The notes under the pieces are model-generated. The model saw nothing but the letters and a program-made list of their open reading frames with translations, searched no databases and was not told the origin of the DNA. The translations under genes and the position numbers were made by a program. A stretch of DNA of 64,000 nucleotides from Proteromonas lacertae (Eukaryota), in the NCBI GenBank assembly GCA_002245135.1, contig NGBS01000871.1, positions 248,001-312,000 of the forward strand. The letters are read 5' to 3'. Positions 11,537 through 22,872 of this stretch are shown in pieces. Position 1 is the first letter of the stretch, and the number at the start of each line of letters is the position of its first letter.

Positions 11537-12894
11537 ATGTTTAATCCATTTGCTTATTGCTACTATTTGTTTTTTGATATACTGTTCGAATTTATTAATC
11601 GAATATGCCTTTGGTTTATTGAAAATGCATTTCCCACAACCTTTGCCTATATGTTTTTGAGATTGGTTAGATTCATCTTCCCGTCATTAGTATTTATGAT
11701 ATTAATATCATGTTAGAGAATACATAGAGGATTAAATCTAAAACAAACTGAAACAAAGGTAGTTCTTATCACAGATGGTGTAAAGGGTATTGGATTGGGA
11801 TTAGCAGCAAGATTATTAAGTCGAGGAATGAAAGTGTATATAACAAGCAATTCAAAAGCAAGATGTGATAGGTATAATTCAATATATTATTAATGTTTAT
11901 AAATTAGAGCAATTCATAAACTAAAAGCAATATTTCCTGATGCAGAAGTGTCATATATAGTTATTGATTTATCAAATCCAATCTCTGTAATGAATGGTGC
12001 TCAAGAATATCAAAAGCATGAGCAAAAACTCGATTACTTATTCCTCAATAACAATTTCATGCCGATAGCCAAGTCGTCAACATTAACCACATTTTTCAGA
12101 ATGTTTCTCGAATCCTTCAAAACATATTCAATTCAAAGATTATTATTAACAGGAAGATCTACGAATGATGATAAAACAATATTTCCACAACAAGAAGGCT
12201 TAAAAACAAGTCAAGGATATGGTATGTTATTTTCTGAACATGTTTTTGGTCATTTCATTTTACTACAAGAATTAAATGTGAATTTATTACTCTCCAAGTC
12301 ACAAGGAATGATTATATGGACTGGTAGTCTAATGGCAAGTAAGAATTCGTTTAGTTTCAATGATATACAGTGCTTAGAAACAGATGATCCATTTGGAGCA
12401 ACTCAATATATGATTGATTTAGTAAATATTGCTATTAATGAACATTTTTATTCAAATGGTATTAAATCTATTGTTTGTTGTCCAGGATTAGTGTTGACTA
12501 GACAATCTCCTTTAATGTTCAGAATGTCTGAGATTGGATTGTTGCTTTTAGCATTTTTTGTGCCAACTGTTAGAGTGTTTGGTAGTAGAGGAGCTGCTAT
12601 TCACTGTGAATTAATTAACATGCTACCTAATGGTTTGGATTATAAAAAGAAATATATGATGAAATATGATGAGATAGATACTTCTGATTCATTTGAGAAT
12701 GAAATAAACCCTAAGGATGGTGATAAATTATACCAAGTATACTTTTTTTTTCGTTTATACACTTTTAGTATTTATTGCAGATGTATACAATTGTATACCA
12801 ATTATATCATCACAAATCTATTGACGATATAGCTGATAATATAAGTCCGGATATTGTTGATCAGCTATACCCCAAGCCCACAAGACCTATTTAA
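11537..12894 (+). CDS. 3-ketosteroid reductase (HSD17B7/ERG27)-like SDR with degenerate catalytic motifs
   Basis: VVLITDGVKGIGLG Rossmann-like motif, LDYLFLNN, HVFGHFILL, IIWTGS, FSFNDIQ..DPFGATQY..DL and CPGLVLT. N-terminal hydrophobic exon, three introns. Confidence 0.7.
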
Positions 12895-13009
12895 TTAGAA
12901 GCTATTGTGTAAATAAAATTAATATTTAAATGAATGTGTCAAAATCTTTTTAATGGGCTGATAAAAACTCGCGAATTGAAGATATTTTGCTAGAATCATG
13001 TAAATAACT

Positions 13010-13058
13010 ATGGTGGCAATGTCAAAAACACTCTTTTAGTGGAGATGAATGGTGGCAA
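13010..13058 (+). promoter_or_regulatory. Direct repeat ATGGTGGCAA (2 copies), candidate cis-element
   Basis: Identical GC-rich 10-mers at 13010-13019 and 13049-13058 in the 330-bp intergenic region upstream of the Cys-rich gene. Confidence 0.3.
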
Positions 13059-13224
13059 GTGAAAGAGTGTAAAACGAATATTTTTCAAAAAAAAATCTTT
13101 TGAATCGTCGTTACAAACACTACATTTTTGTAAGTGTTTATCAATTATTTCTCGATAAATACAAGGCCATTCTTCACTGTCTCTTAGTAATCTACATTAT
13201 TTAGGATAATATTACGATTATATC

Positions 13225-14361
13225 ATGTCTGCCTTTGTTTTAAGCGCTATCCCTACAACTTCTTTGGTATCCACCAGATACTTCCCAATCCAAACTGGAA
13301 GTATTATTACATGCTCAAGGTGCAACTCAAAAGTCCACAAAAGTGCTTTTAGTATGGTATCTTCAGATTTCGAATGTCAAACCTGCAAAAGGATTAGAGA
13401 ACAATCAGACTTGGGACAATCAAAAATGTGTAAACTTTGTCTAAGATACTGTCCTTTAGCAAAATTTCTCAATGTTGGTGAATTTGGAAGTATAGTTGAA
13501 GAAGATATTTGCACTCCATGTAAAGCCCAAATAATTGCTGGTTTTCTTAATCAGAGTTTGATGTTAAACAATAGAAATAATGAATGGAATGAAATGAGAA
13601 GAGTAAGCAATAGTTATGATAGAATGAATAAAAAAGAGAATATATACCGTAACATAGCAAAGTCTGATGTACGTCGTTCTCCTGTATCTGTCACAACTCC
13701 AGAAATTCTGCCAAAACCAAGCAACAACAGCAATAATGTAAACAATAATGTAACTGCAAAGAAATATCAACCAACACCATCACTTAAGTCTCCAAATACA
13801 TCAACTCCTTCTTCTACAACTTCATCAACAAGAACTACTCCTTATAAGCAATCAAATGCCCAGAAGAACTGCATGGATCTTAAAATAAGTTACAATGAGC
13901 TTCAATTGATTGTTACTGAAGATATTTTTACTTGTTTATATGATGAGAAAGCAACTGATTTAATCATCTATTCAAGTAGTACTCATGATATAGAAGAGTT
14001 ATATAGTGACCCCACAGAAAGAAGAGAAAAAATAATTGATGAATTAGTGTCATTTGTAAAATCAACAATTGAGAAGGTTCATTGTAAGACATGTAAAAAA
14101 GCAGTTGCTAAAGCTGATTGTTTCTTACATCATGGATCATTTTTATGTAAAGATTGTTCCATGAGAGTAGCTGCAAATCATTTAATGGATTGGACTAATT
14201 ACTCAACTGTATTGATAAAGTGTGGTAGATGCAAACATTTCGCTCCATATAGTAAATTCTTAAAGATGAATGGAATTGGTGACATTAAAAGACAAAATAC
14301 CTGTTCGTTTTGTTGTTTAAAGAAATGGAGAGAATATTATCTTGGTTCCAAGGTATGGTAA
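13225..14361 (+). CDS. Uncharacterised multi-CxxC (putative zinc-binding) protein with central Ser/Thr/Pro-rich linker
   Basis: Intronless 378-aa ORF with eight CxxC pairs in two clusters of four. Confidence 0.75.
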   Translation: MSAFVLSAIPTTSLVSTRYFPIQTGSIITCSRCNSKVHKSAFSMVSSDFECQTCKRIREQSDLGQSKMCKLCLRYCPLAKFLNVGEFGSIVEEDICTPCKAQIIAGFLNQSLMLNNRNNEWNEMRRVSNSYDRMNKKENIYRNIAKSDVRRSPVSVTTPEILPKPSNNSNNVNNNVTAKKYQPTPSLKSPNTSTPSSTTSSTRTTPYKQSNAQKNCMDLKISYNELQLIVTEDIFTCLYDEKATDLIIYSSSTHDIEELYSDPTERREKIIDELVSFVKSTIEKVHCKTCKKAVAKADCFLHHGSFLCKDCSMRVAANHLMDWTNYSTVLIKCGRCKHFAPYSKFLKMNGIGDIKRQNTCSFCCLKKWREYYLGSKVW

Positions 14362-14475
14362 ATTATATGTAATTAATTTGTAGTTTTTTATGTGTCATAT
14401 TGTTTAAATTGTTATATATGATTGTGTGTTGATTTTGGTAGAAATAATTTAAAAAAAACACTATAATTATATATT

Positions 14476-15846
14476 TCACATATAAAATTTAATTATTATT
14501 GATAATAAAACAACTAGAATTACTATTTCAAATATTAAATTATCTTTTCCATTTTTCTTATCTTTTTTTATACCATCATTCTCTTTATTCACTTCTTTCT
14601 TGTTTATTTTACTACTACTACCGCCACCGCTATTGCTACTGTATATACTGTACAAATATAACTTCGTAACACTCAAGAGATTCTTATCTTCACATATAAT
14701 ATATGGATTATCATCGATTGTAACACAATTACCATTTTCACTTTTTAATTTCACTTTCTCATCTTTAATCACTTCACATTCACAAATTATCATAAATGGA
14801 AAATCAAATTTATTCAAATCCTTCACAAAAGTTGAGTTTTTCCAGTAATAAGGACAATTATTGCAAAAATGCAAACATGTTTTCATATCACTAGAACTAT
14901 ATATTCCTTCACCCATTATTGAACCATTCCTTTCATTTTTACTACCACTCATGTTCAATAATCCATTGTGTATTATATTATGATAATTTTCAATATTACT
15001 ACCATGATAACTGACATAATAACCTTTACTATTTTTCATCTTTTCAAAATTTATAGAATTATAGAATTTGTCAATTTTAAAACAATAACTATAATCATGA
15101 TGATGTTGATCATTCTCTTTATATAATTCTAATTTTGTATTCAAATCATTCACAAGCCATAATAATGTCATTAATTGATTATCACTTAGTAATTTATAAT
15201 CAATAGAATCAAATGAAGGAATATTAACAATTTCATCAATTACTGGTTGTGGAAAATCTTTTAATATTTTGGGATATGGATCACAGATCCTCATATGTCG
15301 ATAACTTCTTATGGACATTGTAAATAAGGAGAATAATAAATCATATCCAATCAAATTGCTTTTTAAATGATTGTCTATTATTGTTGAACAAACTTCTCTT
15401 GTGTTTATTGTTGGATGGATTATTTCTTTATGTTCTTTTTGGAAATATTTCTCTAGTTCATTCTTGATATTGTTTATTATTATGAATATTGTTGAGGTTG
15501 GAGTTATTTCTGTATTTATTTTTTCTATGTAAAGATCGAAATCATATATCTCGCTTGTGTAGTATACAAAGAATGTATCGTCAATACTTTCTATATTCAC
15601 ATTATATTATAAATAAAAACCAATACTTGGTAATACTACTGTAATTGTCATTTCATATTCATTGTTACCACTTGAAGATACACAATACAAATTAATTGAA
15701 CTATCTTTTTCATTGTAATTTAAACGACGAATAATCTATAAAGATATAGTCAAAAAATGGATATTAAATACACTTTTATTCCTGGAAGCCAACAAATCAT
15801 CATATAGTTTCTGTTGAATATATCCAATGCTGTCAATTATTTCCAT
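14476..15846 (-). CDS. PARP16/PARP6-like mono-ADP-ribosyltransferase with C-terminal membrane anchor
   Basis: YHGSNIENYHNIIHNGL..MS....NG..MGEGIY motif, third triad position PYIIC, C-terminal TM IFEIVILVVLLSIII. Two upstream introns extend the ORF to ATG 15846. Confidence 0.8.
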
Positions 15847-16006
15847 ATAACGAGAAATAAAATGAAGAAGAAGAAAAAAGCTTGAAATAAATCAAATCAT
15901 AACGAATTATTATTTTTAAACAATGATAATCTATTATACTGATTGAATAACAACACATCCTTCATAAAATAAAATACTCATTAAAATAACAAACATTTTA
16001 TATTAA

Positions 16007-17231
16007 TTACTTCTGAAATGGTTCTAAAACAACACAAAATTCTTCACAACTCTTATCACAACTATCAGGACAACTAAATATCAATAATCCAGACCAATCC
16101 ATTCCACCATTCTTAATTACTTTTTTATGACTTATTGGATCTATTTCAATAATTAAATCTTTATCAGCATCTAAGTAGTTCAAACTGGAAGGTAATATTT
16201 CACATTCAAATATTCGTTTCTTACCACATTTACAGTTTGGAACATTCAGTTGAAATGGCACAATTGGCCATAAAACCTCACCTTCATAAGCATATCTTAT
16301 GATTTGCTTTGGATTGGAAGAAATGACTTTTTCAAATTTTAAAAAGTATTTTACTGAACCTGGTAATCTTTCATATCCTTCACCATTATCTTCACCTTTT
16401 TCTACTGTTATTTCTGATGATTTTGATGTGAATTTTGATGATTTTGGTTTTTTATTTTCTTCATAATAATACTATACAAATAATATATATATATAATATT
16501 ATACATCTACAATATATGATGGAAATACAAATTCATTTGATGTTATTGACGGCGAATTAAATGATAATATAGATGATGGGTGAATTGGTGTATTATTTTG
16601 AACTGTAGTTGATATTGTTTTTGTCTTTAAACTATCTAGTAAAGATGATAGATTTTCCATTGGATTTGTTGTTTCTGTAGAAGTAGATGGAATTGAAAAA
16701 TCAAATAATGAACTTGTCATTGTATTTCCTGTAGTTGTTGATGATGTATCTGTAGGAATTCCCCAATCATCTGTTTCTATTGGAATTGATGGATTTGGTG
16801 GTATTAATGGTGAAGGAAGAGGTTCTGATGGTTGTCCTACTGTTGATTCATCTTCACAGTTGTATGGAGTATCTCTTAATTCATCTCTTATACATATAAA
16901 ACTATTATAAAGTAATGACAATAAATACCATCCTGGTTTAATACGACATGTTGAAGTATTACATCCAAAAACATATAATGTTCTGTAATATGTTGTTGGA
17001 GCAAATATCTAGAAGTTATAAAGAAAAAATACTTGTGAAATTAGATACAGTTGTTTACCACATGCTGAACAATTTGGAATGGTTATATTATCATGATAAA
17101 ATTTCTAAATGATTTACTATAATAATTTATACAGCTAATCCACCTAATTGTGATTGATATGGTTGATTTATTTCTCCCTTTCCTACAACTTCACCTACTA
17201 GAACTTGTTCTGATGATCCTTTCGGAAACAT
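16007..17231 (-). CDS. PDCD2/PDCD2L (Tsr4-like) ribosomal-protein chaperone
   Basis: SQLGG, CSACGKQLYLISQIFAP, RTLYVFGC, QIIRY, PNCKCGKKRIFECEILP and MDWSGLLIFSC. Several 24-40 nt introns. Confidence 0.85.
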
Positions 17232-17416
17232 TTATTATATATAAAGAGAAAAACGAAAAATGAAAAAAATCAAACTTTTGCTCGCTAAAACGAATATAAA
17301 TATCAAAACAACTGTCTCTTGTTCTATTTGATTTTTCTATTTACTATCATTATTACTGTGATTATCAAACACAAATAATAACAAAAAAATAACAGCAATA
17401 AATAAAATTAGAAAAA

Positions 17417-17994
17417 TTAATGATTCTTTCTTCTTCTTTTACCTCTTCCTGCAATTTCTATATATTTATCACGAGCGTAATGTCTAAAAGATGTGTCTTT
17501 CAACACTTCATCCATCATTGTTTCACCTCTCTTTTTTTTCTCTACTTTCTCTAAATCAAATGCTCCATTGATAACTGTTCCTAATTCAAACTTCTTTGGG
17601 ATCTTTGTGTGCTTTTTGGTTTTGAAAAACTTCTTTGGATCCATAAAGTCTCTCAGTTGTATTAATTGCAATTCATGTTTCACTTCATCTGTCATTTCTG
17701 GTGTGTGTAAACTAAAGTGTTGCTCGATTATTTTCTAATGTAAATATGGTAATATATACTTGATTGTCAATATGTCTTTTTTTAGCTTCAACCTTCTTAG
17801 GATTTGATTCTATTATTTCAAATTTTGGGTTGATTTTTTCATCAATTGGAACATCTGGAACATCAACAGTAGGTAAAAAAGGATCATCTGTAATATTTTG
17901 ACCAGCTGAAGATTCGAATGCCTTAAATGCAATCTCTGCCTAACATAAAATAGTGTTTTTAATATACTAATTCTTCAATTGAACTTTCTGGCAT
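17417..17994 (-). CDS. FCF2: Fcf2 pre-rRNA processing protein
   Basis: PEMTDEVKHELQLIQLRDFMDPKKFFK...PKKFELGTVING matches the Fcf2 domain. Two introns (28 and 25 nt). Confidence 0.85.
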
Positions 17995-18059
17995 TATTTT
18001 CAAAATGAAATTGAAAATATTTCAAACTTTGCTTGATTTCTTTTCTTCTCATTTTCTTC

Positions 18060-20478
18060 ATGAGAGTCAGAGATTTTGTGATTATCATAGTTTCAATGTC
18101 AGCAATACTGATGACATTCATGGTATATCCAAGAATATTATATTTTATCAGGGAAATGAAAGATTTAAAGGTCGAAAAGGTTTTTCTTATACTTTAAATA
18201 CTGCTGACTTTAGTAATGGAATGTATCCGCTTGAGCACGAAAAACTACCAAAGCCAATTGTCACTGATTTGGTATTTTCATATTTGTAATTAATTATATT
18301 TAGTATGGAGATAAACAGAATGTAATAGTAATGGTTACACCAGATTTACATCTTAAAGTATTGAAGTATGTTGAGAATAACCAATTAAACGAAGATATAA
18401 TGGATTTCAAAGTACTTCATGATGTTAGTCTAGTTCATGATGGAATGACTTCAGAAGGAAGATATCCTGTTGGGTTACAATGTGGATATATTGATGCTTA
18501 TAATAATATCAAAAGCAGAAAACAAATCATCACAGTACTAACAGAGAATTGGAGTGTATTATGTTTCAACAGTGAATTAGAATTACTATGGGAGACTACA
18601 GTTAGTTATATGGAAGATAATCTTCAATTAGGCAAATTATATCATAAAGAGATAGGTATTAATATTAGTCCAATGTCAATCATAAGAAATGACCATGGTA
18701 CAATATTTGTAGGTGGAAGCATGGAGTTAATTAGTGAAGAAAAATTACCAGAAGGAGATCATGATGGTTTCTTCAACGTACATGATGAAAATGAGGTGGA
18801 AAATAACGGAATAAATAATGCAGATAAAAGTAATGTAAAAGCGTATAATTATATATATATATATTTATTTATTTAAATAGTGGAATAAAGAATGAAGATA
18901 TAAGTGTATATAAAATCCTATTCCTTTTTAACTATTATATATATAGAGTTTTACACTAAGACAGCAATATGCGCATCATTTTACACTATTTGCATTAAGT
19001 GGAAAAACTGGTGAAGTGATTTGGGAACATACTTCTCCACTATATAAAGATTTATCCAATCAAGACAATCAAAATATACCTCATCCGTATAAGATACATT
19101 ATTTATTATTATTTATTAGAGCTGGAGATTTCTCATTTGATACAGAATTTCATCCTACAGAAAAGAATTGGAAAGATTTCCAGTATATATTTATATATTT
19201 ATATATATAATTATGTTTTTAATATGTTATTAGTGATTATGTAATGAAACAATTGCCTCACAATTGGGTTAATAGATATTCAACCAAATTAGATTTCGCT
19301 CATTTCGAGAAACAACATATGGGAAAACGTGAAAATGCATGGCATAAGAAAGAAAAACCATTGGGAAATCATTATTTATCAGGTATTTATTCACTCTCAA
19401 AGAACTTAAAATTTTCCCATTCTGAAAGTGAACATGATATTATTCCAAATGTAATTGTTGCTCATTTGAAGGATGGAATTGAAGTAATTCATTTTTGGAG
19501 TGGAAGACCGTTAACTCATTTGAGTTTACCAGCTGGACCATTGTATATTGATATTAATGGAGATGGTACAATTGACACACTTCGAGTATATTTTCTAGAA
19601 TTTAAATGTATTATTTTTTAAATAGAGTTTAAGTGGAGTTAATGCTTATAAACCCAATGACGATGAAGGAATCATGTTGAATAACAATAGAAATATGAAT
19701 AATTTAGATTCATGTTCTATTGAAGTAGTTAGTGGAATTCCAGTGATTGAACCATTATTTAATGGTACTGTTTGTCATAATATATATTCAACTGATATAA
19801 AGTTTGGAAATGGAGATAGTATTTATTATTATTTATTTATTTTTATTTTATAGATTTTGTTGATGTTGGTGTATTACCAGCTATTGCAATTCCAGTTAAT
19901 TCATTTAATAATAATAATGACGAAGATAATGAAGATCGTCAGATTGAATATAATACAATAGTTGGTAATAGTCGAGGAATAATCACAAGTTATTCAAGTG
20001 ATGGTTCATTCTTATGGCAAATTAGAAGTAGAGTTACTTGGCCTTCCAAAGTTGGTTTAATTGAAGTATAATTAATATTTATTATATATATATATATATA
20101 TAGACTGGTTTTACACCCTCATTATCAGTATTTCCATCTAAGAAGAAGAACGATATGTTTATAATGAGTGGTTATAACACAATTGGATTATTCTCAAAGA
20201 AAGGTGAAGAATTAGGAGTTATTGATACTGATGGATATGCACCAATAAGTCCACCAATCATTGGAGATTTTAATAATGATGGAGAGAATGATATTATTCT
20301 AATAACTAGAAATTCAATTGATGGATATATTTTGAAGAAAGAAAGTGGATCAATTTTGTTTGAAGTGCTGATTGGAATATTGCTATTTTCTATGATTGTC
20401 ATCTGGTTGACTGTAGCTTTTGATTCTGATAATTTGTTTGAGAATAATGGAATTAAATTCAAAAGAGCTACTGATTAA
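18060..20478 (+). CDS. FG-GAP repeat-containing membrane protein (At3g51050-like)
   Basis: N-terminus MRVRDFVIII, PKPIVTDLYGDKQN, PNVIVAHLKDGIEVIHFWSGR, IDINGDGTID, IIGDFNNDGENDIIL and C-terminal TM. About 9 short introns, including a 25-nt micro-exon at 18881-18905. Confidence 0.85.
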
Positions 20479-20563
20479 ATGGTAATAATAAGATAAAATT
20501 ATTTATTATGATGATTTTTTATTGTTTTTTTCATATTTCAGTTAGTTGGGATTTCTAACAAAA

Positions 20564-22694
20564 ATGAATAAAACTGTTTTAAAGTCAAATCTACAATTCT
20601 GTTGCTTTTTTATCTTCATTGTTTTTGCTCTATGTGCAACAATTGGTATGATTATATACCCCACTTATTCAAGGAAGCATTACAAATCAAAATGTGAAAT
20701 GAACTCTATGTATGGATTATAATTGAATATATTTAGGAGGCCAAGCTATGAAAAAGTGTATTTCAATATACCAAATAAAGGTAAAGAGTATACTTGTTTA
20801 GATTATACAGTTGTAGTTTTGGCTATGAATTATATCATTATCATGATACATCAATGGAAGGTAAAGGTGAACCAATACAACCAGTAGTGTTTGTACCAGG
20901 ACATGGTGGAATATACAGTCATGGTAGATTTATTGCTTCAATGGTATATATAAGGATATATAACATATAATAGACAAAATCAATCGAATTTGAAAATGGT
21001 GATTATTTCTATGATTTCTATTTCATTAGTTTCAAAGAAGAATTAACTGGAATATCAGGTAATACCGTATTAGACATGTCAACGTATGTATGTCATTCAT
21101 TATCATACTTAAACAAACGATTTGAGAAACATAATTCATCATTTATACTACTAAGCCATTCTATGGGTGGAGTAATCAGTATGTATGTTCCATTTTTGAA
21201 ATTATGTGAAAATGTGACAATCAGTGAAATAATAACATTATCTAGTCCATTAAAAGTCCCTCCATATTCAATTAATACTTATGCAATTCATATGGAAAAC
21301 TTATATCAATATTACTATAATTCTGTATATAATAATAATAATAATAAAATGAATGAATATTCAAAATACATAAACTATCCATATTATTCATATGCAATTT
21401 TAAATAAAATAACACCACTTTTAAACGAAAATGGAATAGTAAGAAAAATAGAAAATATCACATTCTTATCACTTGTTTCTGATTTTATTGATTTGGATAT
21501 TTATCCTATGAATAGTGAAATTTCATCATTCATACCTAAATCTCATGGGATTACTGTATATTTATCTAATATAAGAGAATTAAAACATTATCCATTAATT
21601 ACAGATCATTATTCAGTATTATGGTGTCATGAATCATCTGTGTTTATTGGAGAATATTTATATGAAATTATTAATAAAAGAAGTAGTAAAATCTATACTA
21701 GTGTAAAGAGAAGAATGAATATTACATTAGAAAAGTTTGAAAGTGGTTTGAGAAATAAAACTGAAATGAATAGAATGAATCATTTGAATGGTTATAATGT
21801 AAAAACATTCAATAAATTGCCTAAAGAATTTAGATATTTATATCTCAGTTTTAGATTACAAATTGATGTATTACCTTCTATATTGATATTTATATTGTTT
21901 TTAATACTTAATAATGATAGTTATTACTGTAGAAATAGTTATTCATTTATACCTAAAAAATGGTTTAGTGATTTATTTGGATATTATGCAAAACTCTTTT
22001 TATTTCTGTTATTATTGATAATTGTTAGTTTTATTAATAAATACACTATGAATATGGAATATATAATAGATCCTTACCATTTGTTGTTTTTGTTAAGTTT
22101 TGGATATTTAGGATTATTTGTATTTGATATAATTGTGAATATTTCTCGTCTATTGATGAATAATGTAATTGTTGTTATTGCCTTTTTCATTCCAATAGTT
22201 AGTATTGTAATATCTTATTATCATATTAAATTAAATATAAAACATATTGATTTATATAATTGGAATAGTTTAATATATTATTTCTATATATTGACTATAT
22301 TATTTGATGTATAATATATAGTTTATATTTTAATGTGTAATAGGTTTTTGTTAGTTTGTATATGACTAGAAAATGTAAGTTTTTGTTATGTAAAATCTTC
22401 ATATTTTCAAGAATGTTGTTGCTAGTATATCAAATAGGTGATATTTATTATGTAATTACCAATATTATAAAGAATGAATATAATGGTTATAGTATAATAT
22501 ATCCATTAATATTGGAATTGATTATTTCTAATGTTTTTCATATAAAGAAGAAAAAAATAATGGATGTCAATAATAAGATGAGTGATATAAAGTTGATTAT
22601 AGTAAAAATGAATATATTATTGGTGTTATTCTTGAGTAATACCACATTTTACTATCCATTTTATAATGTGATATTAATAATGTTGTTATTGTAG
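20564..22694 (+). CDS. PGAP1: GPI inositol-deacylase (PGAP1/Bst1)-like alpha/beta hydrolase
   Basis: CEMNSM..PSY, PVVFVPGHGG.Y, SHSMGG nucleophile elbow, IITLSSP, TDHYSVLWCHE and a multi-TM C-terminus. Four short introns. Confidence 0.85.
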
Positions 22695-22872
22695 AAATAA
22701 TTAGAATTTACTAACCTTTGAATTATTATAGAAATAATTATGTTGTGGCTTTGTTGGATATAGTGTATAATGTAAATATACTGTAAAATGGTAAATACAT
22801 GTAATTACATTCCCGCCTTTTCCTTATATTAAAACACTAATTAAATAATCATAAAAGTAATTATAAAAAACA

